From: a bacterium
GTDB taxonomy: Bacteria > SZUA-79 > Acidulodesulfobacterales > Acidulodesulfobacteraceae
Direction of reading: 5' to 3'
NCBI GenBank assembly: GCA_021828255.1
Contig: JAKASB010000003.1
Coordinates: 1 to 40,359 of the forward strand
Length of the DNA: 40,359 bases
Each line of letters opens with the position of its first letter. Positions within the stretch are counted from its first letter, which is position 1. Positions 26,983-35,839 of this stretch are shown here, one piece after another. The notes under the pieces are model-generated. The model was given only the letters and a program-made list of their open reading frames with translations. It had not been told where the DNA came from and searched no databases. The translations under genes were made by a program, and so were the position numbers.

Positions 26983-27893
26983 ACGATTTTCCACTTTATA
27001 TAGAAACCAACAAAAAATTAATCGACGACTTCATAAAAGCCCATTTTATTAAAATGGGTTACGATAAAAAATTTCCGCATAATAAATTTTCTCTTGCGGA
27101 TGTCATACTTTACACTTTAACTATGCCGGGCAAAAGAATAAGACCTATAATTCTTCTCATTACCGCCGAAAGCTTAGGTTTTTCTGATAAAAAAAAGTTG
27201 CTCCCTTTCGCCTCCTCGCTTGAACTGGTGCATTCGTATTCCTTGATACACGATGATCTTCCTTCGATGGATAACGACAGCTTAAGGAGAGGAAAACCCA
27301 CAAGCCATATAGTATTTGGAGAAGCCGCGGCAATACTTGCCGGAGATGCTCTTCTTGCCGAAGCCTTCGTTATGCTTTCCGACAAAGATTATATCCTGGA
27401 ATTTAATCCTGGAAAAATTATAGAAACAATAAGAGAACTTTCTTATGCCTCGGGAGCCGGCGGACTTGTGGAAGGACAGTTTCACGATGTCGGCTCTTTC
27501 GGCGAATCTTTAGAATTAGAAAAAATTGAATATATAAACGAAAAAAAAACGGCAAGCCTTATCGCCGCGGCATGCGCTATCGGGGCAATACTATCGGACA
27601 AAGACGAACCGGTCGTATCCGAATTTAAGAAATTCGGGAGCTATATCGGACTATCTTTCCAAGCCGTCGATGATATTCTTGGCATTATCGGAAATAAAGA
27701 AATTCTTGGAAAAACGGCGGGCATAGACAAAATGAATAATAAATTTACGATGGCTGAAAATATAGGACTTGAAAAGACCCGCGAATTAATTAAAGAATAC
27801 AACAAAAAAGCGATGATTCACTTAGAAAAGACCGGAGCCGAAACGAGTATATTTATAGAATTAACAAATTATCTTACGGACAGGATAAATTAG
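26979..27893 (+). CDS. ispA: (2E,6E)-farnesyl diphosphate synthase (short-chain trans-prenyltransferase)
   Basis: 304 aa. The first Asp-rich motif has the bacterial 2-residue insertion (YSLIHDDLPSMDNDSLRRG, Tyr at -5 as in E. coli IspA). The second motif is FQAVDDILG. It has a 4-nt overlap with xseB. Confidence 0.85.
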   Translation: MNDFPLYIETNKKLIDDFIKAHFIKMGYDKKFPHNKFSLADVILYTLTMPGKRIRPIILLITAESLGFSDKKKLLPFASSLELVHSYSLIHDDLPSMDNDSLRRGKPTSHIVFGEAAAILAGDALLAEAFVMLSDKDYILEFNPGKIIETIRELSYASGAGGLVEGQFHDVGSFGESLELEKIEYINEKKTASLIAAACAIGAILSDKDEPVVSEFKKFGSYIGLSFQAVDDILGIIGNKEILGKTAGIDKMNNKFTMAENIGLEKTRELIKEYNKKAMIHLEKTGAETSIFIELTNYLTDRIN

Positions 27894-27917
27894 AAAAAAT
27901 AAATACAAATAATAATA

Positions 27918-29861
27918 ATGATATTAGAAAAAATAAAAAATCCTAACGACGTTAAAACATTACGCCTTGAAGAACTTGATATACTGGCGGGCGAACTAAG
28001 GGAAGAAATTATATCCGTCTGTTCTAAAAACGGAGGGCATATCGCTTCCAGTCTCGGCGTTGTGGAACTTACTATCGCAATCTTAAAATCATTTGACATA
28101 GAAAATGCCGATAAAATAATATGGGATGTTGGACATCAGTCTTACCCTTATAAAATTCTTACCGGAAGGAAAGAAAAATTCTATACTCTCAGAAAATTGG
28201 GCGGAATATCGGGGTTTCCGGCCATCAGCGAAAGTAAATACGATCACTTTGGGACCGGACACGCCGGAACGTCGATATCTGCAGCTCTCGGCATGCACGT
28301 CGCAAAAGATTTAAATAATGGATATAGCAATAACGGCAGAGGCAGAATTATAGCCGTTATAGGAGACGCATCAATATCCAACGGACTGGCGCTTGAAGGG
28401 TTGAATAATGCCGGTTCTCTAAAAAAAGACATTATCGTTATCTTAAACGATAATGAAATGTCGATATCTAAAAACGTCGGGGCTATTTCTAATTATCTAA
28501 ATAAGATAATGAGCGGAAATTTTTATCAGGGACTCAGAAAAGAAGCCGAAAGAATGCTTAACTCTATACCTCTATTTGGCTCTCAGGTGGCGAGGCTTGT
28601 TTCGAAATTTGAGGAATCTTTTAAAAATCTTATAGGACCAGGCATTATATTCGAAGAACTCGGTTTTACATATATCGGTCCTATAGACGGACATAATATA
28701 CCCTACCTCTTAGACTCCTTCGAAAATATAAAAAAGATAAAAAAACCTATTCTTTTGCACGTTATCACTAAAAAAGGGAAGGGATATGAACCGTCGGAAA
28801 AAAATCCTTCTCTTTTTCACGGAATTTCCGCTTTCGACAAAAACACCGGATTGACTTTAAAAAAATCCGGCAATATCTCGTACGGCGAAATTGCTTCGGA
28901 CTTTCTTATAAATATTGCCGAAAATAACAACAAGATAATAGCGGTTACCGCGGCAATGCCTGACGGAACCGGTCTTTCCAAATTTTCAAAGGTATTCCCG
29001 AACAGATTCTTCGACGTCGGCATAGCCGAAGAACATGCGGCGACATTTGCGGCAGGAGCCGCGTCTAATGGACTAAAACCTTTCGTTTTTATATATTCTA
29101 CATTTCTTCAGCGTTCTTTAGACCAGATAATCCACGACATATGTCTTCAAAACCTTCCCGTCGTTTTTTGCATAGACAGGGCAGGCATTGCCGGAGAAGA
29201 CGGCGCAACTCACCAGGGAATATTCGACATATCGTTTTTAAATTTCATACCCAACCTGATTTTTATGTCTCCGCGTAACGAATATGAACTTATGCGTATG
29301 ATTAAAAGCTCGGTTTCTTACAATAAACCGGTCGCGATAAGGTATCCAAAAGTGGGGATTCCACATTTTCGCCTGCCGGAAGAAAAAAATGTTCCCATTA
29401 TAAACGAAGGAAAATTCGAAACTTTAATAGATTCGATTCAAAACTTCGTAATAAGCATAGGCGCCCCTCATACCGAAATATTAAAAGATATACTGACGGA
29501 AATAAATAAAGATATTACGGAAGAAGAGCAAAAAATAGGTCTTATAAACGCAAGATTTATATCCCCTATTTCTCAGGGATTAATTGCAAAAATAAAAACT
29601 GCAAAAAAGATTATGACGGTAGAAGAAAACGTCGAATTTTCAGGTTTTGGAGCAAAATTATTGACTGCCTTAAGCCAGAATACGCGCTTGGTCGATTTAG
29701 AATATAAAATCATATCTCTGGGGCATAGTTATATCGAACACGGCTCCCGCAGTGAACTTCTTGCCGTTTCAGGATTTTCTAAAGAAAAATTATTTGATTC
29801 TATTAACGGATTTTTTATTATAAACTGTGAAAAAAATAAGGTTAGATATTCTTCTTTCTAA
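27918..29861 (+). CDS. dxs: 1-deoxy-D-xylulose-5-phosphate synthase
   Basis: 647 aa with GGHIASSLGVVELT, DVGHQSYPYKILTGR, a ThDP-binding region (IGDASISNGLALEGLNNAG) and DRAGIAGEDGATHQG. Confidence 0.95.
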   Translation: MILEKIKNPNDVKTLRLEELDILAGELREEIISVCSKNGGHIASSLGVVELTIAILKSFDIENADKIIWDVGHQSYPYKILTGRKEKFYTLRKLGGISGFPAISESKYDHFGTGHAGTSISAALGMHVAKDLNNGYSNNGRGRIIAVIGDASISNGLALEGLNNAGSLKKDIIVILNDNEMSISKNVGAISNYLNKIMSGNFYQGLRKEAERMLNSIPLFGSQVARLVSKFEESFKNLIGPGIIFEELGFTYIGPIDGHNIPYLLDSFENIKKIKKPILLHVITKKGKGYEPSEKNPSLFHGISAFDKNTGLTLKKSGNISYGEIASDFLINIAENNNKIIAVTAAMPDGTGLSKFSKVFPNRFFDVGIAEEHAATFAAGAASNGLKPFVFIYSTFLQRSLDQIIHDICLQNLPVVFCIDRAGIAGEDGATHQGIFDISFLNFIPNLIFMSPRNEYELMRMIKSSVSYNKPVAIRYPKVGIPHFRLPEEKNVPIINEGKFETLIDSIQNFVISIGAPHTEILKDILTEINKDITEEEQKIGLINARFISPISQGLIAKIKTAKKIMTVEENVEFSGFGAKLLTALSQNTRLVDLEYKIISLGHSYIEHGSRSELLAVSGFSKEKLFDSINGFFIINCEKNKVRYSSF

Positions 29862-30573
29862 TGCATCCCCTGCATTTAATTTTAATTTAACGAGAACAAA
29901 AGCATCGTCGTTAATAATGGAAGGTATGGTTTCCGTAAACGGTTTTGTATGCACAAAACCGGGAACTTCAGTGAATCCGGACAGCGCAATAGAAATAAAA
30001 GAATCAAGCCCTTACGTATCCAGAGGGGGGCTGAAACTAAAAGGGGCATTAACAGATTTTAACCTGAACGTTAAAGCAAAAAGGGTTATAGATATCGGCG
30101 CTTCAACGGGGGGATTTACAGATTGCCTTTTAAAAGAAGAAGCCGATTTTGTTTACTGCATAGATGTGGGTTATGGTCAACTTCATTATTCCTTGAGAAA
30201 TAATCCGAAAATCAAAAATTTAGAGAATATCAATATAAAATATTTAACCTTTGAAGAGATAGGAGAAAAACTCGACCTTGCCGTTTGCGACGTATCTTTT
30301 ATATCTCTTACCAAAGTTCTTCCGCATATTTTAAAATTTATCAAAAAACAAGGATTAATACTTTTATTAATAAAACCGCAATTCGAAACGGAAAACAAAG
30401 GCATTCTTAAAAAGGGCATAATAAAAGACGAGGGCATATACAAATCAATTATAAATAAAATAAGAGATTTTTCAAAAAATTTAAATCTTACCGTTACCGG
30501 AGTAAAAAAATCATGCATAAAAGGGAAAAAGGGAAATACGGAATTTTTCATACTGCTCACGAAAAATCCGTGA
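29827..30573 (+). CDS. tlyA: TlyA family 16S/23S rRNA (cytidine-2-prime-O)-methyltransferase
   Basis: 248 aa with a GTG start. It has an N-terminal S4-like region (RLDILL...SLIMEGMVSVNG) and the SAM-binding GASTGGFTDCLL. It overlaps the dxs 3-prime end by 35 nt. Confidence 0.85.
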   Translation: MKKIRLDILLSNASPAFNFNLTRTKASSLIMEGMVSVNGFVCTKPGTSVNPDSAIEIKESSPYVSRGGLKLKGALTDFNLNVKAKRVIDIGASTGGFTDCLLKEEADFVYCIDVGYGQLHYSLRNNPKIKNLENINIKYLTFEEIGEKLDLAVCDVSFISLTKVLPHILKFIKKQGLILLLIKPQFETENKGILKKGIIKDEGIYKSIINKIRDFSKNLNLTVTGVKKSCIKGKKGNTEFFILLTKNP

Positions 30574-32234
30574 AAATCTTTAAAACTCCTTTAGTTTTAG
30601 TTTTAATAGTCTTTTGGGTATTTTTTGCAATTTTGCCGGGAAAAGCAAATTCTATTCCTGCACGAAATATTCAATCAAAAACCGTTCCTGTTTTTAACAC
30701 TGCCGTCGGTTTTATCTATTATTACAATGGGAATTACCCTGATGCGATTAAATATTTTAATAAAGAATCCAAAAATTTACTTAAAAATTCATATTTTAAT
30801 TATACTCTTGCATCATTATATTTTAAAAATAGGGAATACCGAAAATCTTTAAAATATATAAACCTTGCTCTGAGCCTGCCGTCAAAAAATATAAAAAACC
30901 GGCTGACAAAAACTAAAATTAAATATTTAATCCTGAAAGCTAAAATAACGGCAAGTCAAGGCAGTATTAAGCAATCTGCCGAAATCCTTAAACACATTCT
31001 GCAAAAAAACCCCTATAATCTTAAAACGCTTTTATTTCTTTCCAATCTCTATATATACAAAAAAGATTTAAAGACTGCTGTTTTTTATCTCAACATTATA
31101 AAATTAAACGTCCCGGATAATATAAATGCGTATTATTTACTGTCGAAAATATATATGGTTCAAAACAAAAAGAAAAAAGCCGAACGGAATCTTATAAGTC
31201 TCATAAATATCGACCCTTATTTTAAAAAAGCATACTTCAGGCTTGCCGCGATTTATATTCTTACGGGCAGAGAAAAAAAGGCGGTAAATGTCTTTGATAA
31301 ATACCTTAAAATTAACCCTTATTCGAAAACCGCGATTTATCAGTCGGCAATACTCGAATATACTTTAAAAAATTACCCGGCATCCAGAAAGCATTTTTTA
31401 AATTTTATTAACATCGCCAAAAATTTAAAAGATAATTCAAGATTAATAAATAACGCCTATTTCTTTATAGGAATATCCTATATATTACAGAAAAATTATA
31501 AAAGGGGACTTATTTATTTAAATAAGCTGAAACCCGGAAGACATTATATAGACGCTAAACTTCAAGAAATAGAAATATACATAAAAGACTATAAAAAAAC
31601 AGGGGATATTAAATACCCAAAATCTATCAAAGAAATTATATTAAAGATGCTTTCCAATCCAAAACTGAATAAAAACCTAAAGTTTTATTATTTTTCGGCT
31701 ATTGCCCTTGCGGAGATAAAAGATTACCGTATGTCGAAACATATCATAAAAAAAGGATTATTAAAATTTCCGGATAATACCGCTCTTTTATATGAATTAG
31801 GCTCGGCGTATCATGCATTAAAAAAAGACGGAAATGCTTATGAGGCAATGAAAAAGATTTTAAGAATAAATCCTTACGACGCCGAAGCGCTTAACTATAT
31901 AGGATATTATCTTGCCGTAAAAAATAAAAATTTAAAAAAGGCGGAAATGTTGATAAAAAAAGCTTTGTCTTACGATAAGACCTCTTCTTTTATTACCGAC
32001 AGTCTCGGGTTCGTGTATTACAGGGAAAAAAAATATACAAAGGCGTTGAAATTATTTAAAGCAGCGCTTAAAAAACTCGGCAAATCGGCAACCGTATTAA
32101 AACATACCGGTATGGATTATTTTATGCTCAAAAAATACGGAAAAGCACTCGAATATCTTGAAAAATCCTATAAAATCAAGAAAACAAAAGAGGTTGAAAA
32201 GTATATAGTAATAATCAAAAAAAATAAACTTTAA
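30570..32234 (+). CDS. TPR repeat-containing protein with an N-terminal signal or anchor sequence
   Basis: Repeated 34-residue TPR-like units occur throughout (for example AEALNYIGYYLAVKNKNLKKAEMLIKKAL). The longest ORF starts at ATG 30513. GTG at 30570 overlaps the tlyA stop (GTGA) and immediately precedes a hydrophobic signal-like segment (VKIFKTPLVLVLIVFWVFFAILPGKANS), so it is preferred as the start. Confidence 0.7.
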   Translation: MKIFKTPLVLVLIVFWVFFAILPGKANSIPARNIQSKTVPVFNTAVGFIYYYNGNYPDAIKYFNKESKNLLKNSYFNYTLASLYFKNREYRKSLKYINLALSLPSKNIKNRLTKTKIKYLILKAKITASQGSIKQSAEILKHILQKNPYNLKTLLFLSNLYIYKKDLKTAVFYLNIIKLNVPDNINAYYLLSKIYMVQNKKKKAERNLISLINIDPYFKKAYFRLAAIYILTGREKKAVNVFDKYLKINPYSKTAIYQSAILEYTLKNYPASRKHFLNFINIAKNLKDNSRLINNAYFFIGISYILQKNYKRGLIYLNKLKPGRHYIDAKLQEIEIYIKDYKKTGDIKYPKSIKEIILKMLSNPKLNKNLKFYYFSAIALAEIKDYRMSKHIIKKGLLKFPDNTALLYELGSAYHALKKDGNAYEAMKKILRINPYDAEALNYIGYYLAVKNKNLKKAEMLIKKALSYDKTSSFITDSLGFVYYREKKYTKALKLFKAALKKLGKSATVLKHTGMDYFMLKKYGKALEYLEKSYKIKKTKEVEKYIVIIKKNKL

Positions 32235-33667
32235 AATTTTTCTAATTTTCTGTAAATCGTTTTTAAGCCGATATTCAGATCGTTAGCGGTTTTAACTTTA
32301 TTAAAATTGTTTATTTCCAATGTTTTTTGTATAACAATGTTTTCGGCGTCTTCGAGAGTAATCCCAAAAGGTATTTTGATAAAATCGTCCCTTTCCTGCT
32401 TAGAAACAAAGGGGTCTGATTTAAAATCAGACCCCTTTGTTTCCTTATCCGAAAGGACAGGAGTCTTTAAATATTTTTCTTTTAAATAATTAGGAAGCAA
32501 AGATTCGTCGACGATGCCGCCCTTTGAAACAGCCGTCATATATTCTATAACATTTTTAAGCTCCCTTACGTTGCCAGGGTAGTCATAGCTTAGTAAGAAA
32601 TCTAATGCCTCTTTGCTTATGCCGGTAACGTTTTTACTGTTTTCGTTAGAAAAATCATATAAAAACCGCTTTATTAGAAGGGGAATATCCTCTTTTCTTT
32701 CTCTTAGAGGTATAAGCTTTAAGTTTATTACGTTAAGTCTGTAATACAAATCCTGTCTGAATTCGCCCGTTGAAACCTTTTTTTCTATATCCTGTGATGC
32801 CGCTATAATTCTTATGTCTATCTTAATGGTTTTATTTCCGCCGACTCTTTCAAACTCTTTTTCCTGCAATACCCGCAATATTTTAGACTGCGTTTTCAAA
32901 GAAATTTCTCCTATCTCGTCGAGAAAAATCGTTCCGCCGTCCGCCATCTCGAATCTTCCTTTATATAAAGAATCCGCTCCGGTATAAGCCCCTTTTTCGT
33001 GTCCGAAAAGTTCGCTTTCTAAAATTGTTTCGGAAAGGGCAACGCAATTTACTTTAATAAAAGGCTTGTTTTTTCTCTGGGAATTATTGACTATAATGTT
33101 TGCAAGCAGTTCTTTGCCGGTTCCAGACTCTCCTTCTATCAGCACTGTCGAATTAGTGCCGGAAACGGCAATTGCCGTATCGACGATAGCGGTCATTTTC
33201 CGGGATGACGTTATTAAATTGCCGAAATTAAACTTTTCGTCGAGTCTTGTCTTTAGTATATTTAATTCGTCGATAAGGCTTTTATTGGATATTATCCGCT
33301 TAATTATCAGATCAAGCTCTTCAAGGTTTACCGGTTTCGTTATATAATCGTAAGCTCCAAGTTTTATCGCTTCAACGGCAGTTTTCACCGAACTGAAACC
33401 TGTGGTTACTATAACATCGGTATTTTGAATCCTACCGTCTTTTATAGCTTTTAATATATCTAAACCGGTTCCGTCGGGGAGTTTAAGATCGGTAATAATA
33501 ATATCTATTTTATCTATAGAACCTAATATTTTAAATGTGGATTTAAGACAGTCGGCTTCAAAAACTTTGTGCCCTTTAAAGTTTAAATATTCGAAAAGAC
33601 CGATTCGGGAAGCATTATCATCTTCAACTATTAATATTACCGCGGATTTTTTGGATGGCTCGTTCAT
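32231..33667 (-). CDS. Sigma54-dependent response regulator (NtrC/AtoC family)
   Basis: 478 aa with a receiver domain (IIITDLKLPDGTG), an AAA+ module (GESGTGKE, ESELFGHEKGAYTGA) and a C-terminal HTH (NKVKTANDLNIGLKTIYRKLEKF). Its stop codon overlaps the convergent TPR gene stop within a TTAA. Confidence 0.85.
   Translation of the reverse strand: MNEPSKKSAVILIVEDDNASRIGLFEYLNFKGHKVFEADCLKSTFKILGSIDKIDIIITDLKLPDGTGLDILKAIKDGRIQNTDVIVTTGFSSVKTAVEAIKLGAYDYITKPVNLEELDLIIKRIISNKSLIDELNILKTRLDEKFNFGNLITSSRKMTAIVDTAIAVSGTNSTVLIEGESGTGKELLANIIVNNSQRKNKPFIKVNCVALSETILESELFGHEKGAYTGADSLYKGRFEMADGGTIFLDEIGEISLKTQSKILRVLQEKEFERVGGNKTIKIDIRIIAASQDIEKKVSTGEFRQDLYYRLNVINLKLIPLRERKEDIPLLIKRFLYDFSNENSKNVTGISKEALDFLLSYDYPGNVRELKNVIEYMTAVSKGGIVDESLLPNYLKEKYLKTPVLSDKETKGSDFKSDPFVSKQERDDFIKIPFGITLEDAENIVIQKTLEINNFNKVKTANDLNIGLKTIYRKLEKF
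32403..32443. terminator. Perfect 41-nt palindrome with bidirectional intrinsic-terminator architecture, inside the regulator CDS
   Basis: GAAACAAAGGGGTCTGATTT-A-AAATCAGACCCCTTTGTTTC has 20-nt perfectly complementary arms. On either strand it reads as A-tract, GGGGTCTGATTT/AAATCAGACCCC stem, then TTTGTTTC. The structure is certain but its function is not. Confidence 0.45.
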
Positions 33668-33673
33668 TTTTAA

Positions 33674-34702
33674 TTACTGCAGGTCTTTCATAACTACGGA
33701 AATCTTAGTTCCAAGTCCTTTGACCGATTCAATACTCACATTAAACCGGTGGGCATCGATAATTCTTTTAGTTAATGCAAGACCTAAGCCCGCTCCTGTT
33801 TTTTTCGTAGTAAAAAAGGGTTCAAAAATCTTTTCAAGCGTTTCTTTTTCTATTCCTGTTCCATGATCTTCTACCGTCAAGGATATTTTATTTAAAATGT
33901 AGGAAGAGTAAATTAAAATATCGCCTTTTTTACCGTCGTAAGACTCTGCCGCATTTAATATCAAATTTTTAAATACTTGAAGCATCAAATCCCTATCCAT
34001 TTTAATATAAATATTTTTATCTACAGAAGCCGAAAAATTCATACCTTTTGATAAAAGCCTGTCCTTAAGGATTTCATATACCTCGCCTATCAATTCTGAA
34101 AGATTAACCTCTTCGGGATATATGTCCCGGTCTTTGGTAAAATTAAGTATGTCTTCCATAGTTTGAGCCAACTTCGCCGTTTCAATTTCTATCAAACCGC
34201 CGGTTTTTACGATACCGTCTTTATTTAATTCTAAATTTTTAACCTTTTCGGTTAATACTCTGGAATTAATCAAGACGGAATTTATATTGCCTTTAATCTC
34301 ATGCATAATGGTCGAAGGTATTTCCAGAACGTTTTTTTCTAACGACCTTAAAGCCGATTCCGTATTTGCTTGCGTTTCTATAAGCCTGTAAAAATATATA
34401 AACATAAATGCTACCAAACCCAACGACAGTAATAATACTAAAGCAAATATAGAATAAAACGAAGCATCGTTAATGCCGTTAGAAAATGCCGGATAGGCAA
34501 GTTTTAATCCGTTATTTCCATTAACAAAAATCATGCCGGATCGCCTAAGGAAGTAAATCGAACTTAAGGTTTTTGAATGTAATGCGTCAAACATTCCTAA
34601 AGCGGCATATGCAAAAAAACTGGTCGTTAAGACCATGAGGCCGGTAATAACACTTAAAAGGAAAACTTTCAATTTTTTAGTTTTTGCCTTTTGCATTATC
34701 AT
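33674..34702 (-). CDS. Sensor histidine kinase (two TM segments, HisKA plus HATPase)
   Basis: 342 aa with the H-box HEIKGNINSV, N-box LILNAAES and G-boxes EDHGTGI and GAGLGLALTKRI. It lies directly upstream of the sigma54 regulator with a 6-nt gap. Confidence 0.8.
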   Translation of the reverse strand: MIMQKAKTKKLKVFLLSVITGLMVLTTSFFAYAALGMFDALHSKTLSSIYFLRRSGMIFVNGNNGLKLAYPAFSNGINDASFYSIFALVLLLSLGLVAFMFIYFYRLIETQANTESALRSLEKNVLEIPSTIMHEIKGNINSVLINSRVLTEKVKNLELNKDGIVKTGGLIEIETAKLAQTMEDILNFTKDRDIYPEEVNLSELIGEVYEILKDRLLSKGMNFSASVDKNIYIKMDRDLMLQVFKNLILNAAESYDGKKGDILIYSSYILNKISLTVEDHGTGIEKETLEKIFEPFFTTKKTGAGLGLALTKRIIDAHRFNVSIESVKGLGTKISVVMKDLQ

Positions 34703-34750
34703 AATATATTATTTTATTATACTTTCTATTAAAAATCAAAAAATCTTTTT

Positions 34751-34891
34751 AAACCCAAATCCCGATTTAGAAACTATTTAATAAATTCCAATATCCCGTC
34801 ATTGCGAGAACCCGTCATTGCGAGCGCAATGACATTATTAAGTAGTTCCGGCAATCCATATATAAAAATTTCTAAATCGGGATTTGGGTTT
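34751..34891. mobile_element. MITE-like non-coding palindromic element, copy A
   Basis: It has perfect 23-bp terminal inverted repeats: AAACCCAAATCCCGATTTAGAAA (34751-34773) and its reverse complement (34869-34891). The interior holds two direct GTCATTGCGAG copies plus an inverted GCAATGAC, and there is no ORF. A second copy is at 39949-40177. The 16-nt direct repeats TTATACTTTCTATTAA lie at 34717-34732 and 34909-34924. Confidence 0.65.
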
Positions 34892-35834
34892 AGAGGCACT
34901 GCGCTTTTTTATACTTTCTATTAAGAATAAGATTTGCGAGTTCTATGTCTTTCCTAATTCTGGCTTCAAGTTCGTTTATATTATCAAATTTAATCTCTTC
35001 CCTGAGACGCTCAAGGAAAAAAACCTCTATTTCTTTATCGTATAGATCTTCATCGAAATCAAATATATAAGACTCTATTCTTCTTATAACATCGTTAAAC
35101 GTGGGATTGGAACCGACATTTGTTACGGAATCGTAAAATTTATCGTTTATTTTGACCTGCGTGACATATACGCCGTCTTTCGGAAACAGCTCTTCTTCAG
35201 GAATGATATTTGCGGTGGGAAATCCAAGCTGTTTACCTCTGCCGCATCCTTTCACTACACGTCCGTGAACCGAATAGTCCCTCCCCAGAAACCTTTTGAC
35301 TGCACAGACTTTTCCGGTAATGACTAATCTTCTTATGAGCGTGCTGGAAATAATCTCGTTATCTATTACGACTGGTTCTACAACCGCAAGCTCAAAACCA
35401 AACTCCTTAGAAAGTTTTTCCAATAAAGCTATATTGCCAGACTTATTAGCTCCGAATCCAAAATCATGCCCTACTATAATTTTAAGCGGATTCAATTTTT
35501 TTACTATAATGTTTTTAACAAAATCTTCCGGCTCCATGCTTGCAAACTCGGGCGTAAAAGTTATATAAATCAAATAATCTATCCCGGTTTCCCTTATAAG
35601 TTCAATCTTTTTTTCGAACGTCGTAATGAGGTTAACTTTAGTTTCGGGATGGATAACCTTTAACGGATGCGGATGAAATGTAAGCACGACGGATACCGAA
35701 TTTAACTCCGAAGCGGAATCCTTCACCATTTCCATTAATCTTCTGTGTCCCAGATGTATTCCGTCAAAACTACCTATGGTAATTACTGAATTTTTAAACT
35801 TAATACCGGCTTGATTTATTTCCAATATTTCCAA
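34890..35834 (-). CDS. ribF: Bifunctional riboflavin kinase / FMN adenylyltransferase
   Basis: 314 aa with the N-terminal nucleotidyltransferase motif GSFDGIHLGHRRL and a C-terminal kinase region (GFPTANI, GVY, NVGSNPTF, ESYIFDF). The stop codon (34890-34892) overlaps the end of MITE copy A. Confidence 0.9.
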   Translation of the reverse strand: MEILEINQAGIKFKNSVITIGSFDGIHLGHRRLMEMVKDSASELNSVSVVLTFHPHPLKVIHPETKVNLITTFEKKIELIRETGIDYLIYITFTPEFASMEPEDFVKNIIVKKLNPLKIIVGHDFGFGANKSGNIALLEKLSKEFGFELAVVEPVVIDNEIISSTLIRRLVITGKVCAVKRFLGRDYSVHGRVVKGCGRGKQLGFPTANIIPEEELFPKDGVYVTQVKINDKFYDSVTNVGSNPTFNDVIRRIESYIFDFDEDLYDKEIEVFFLERLREEIKFDNINELEARIRKDIELANLILNRKYKKAQCL

Positions 35835-35839
35835 TTTTT

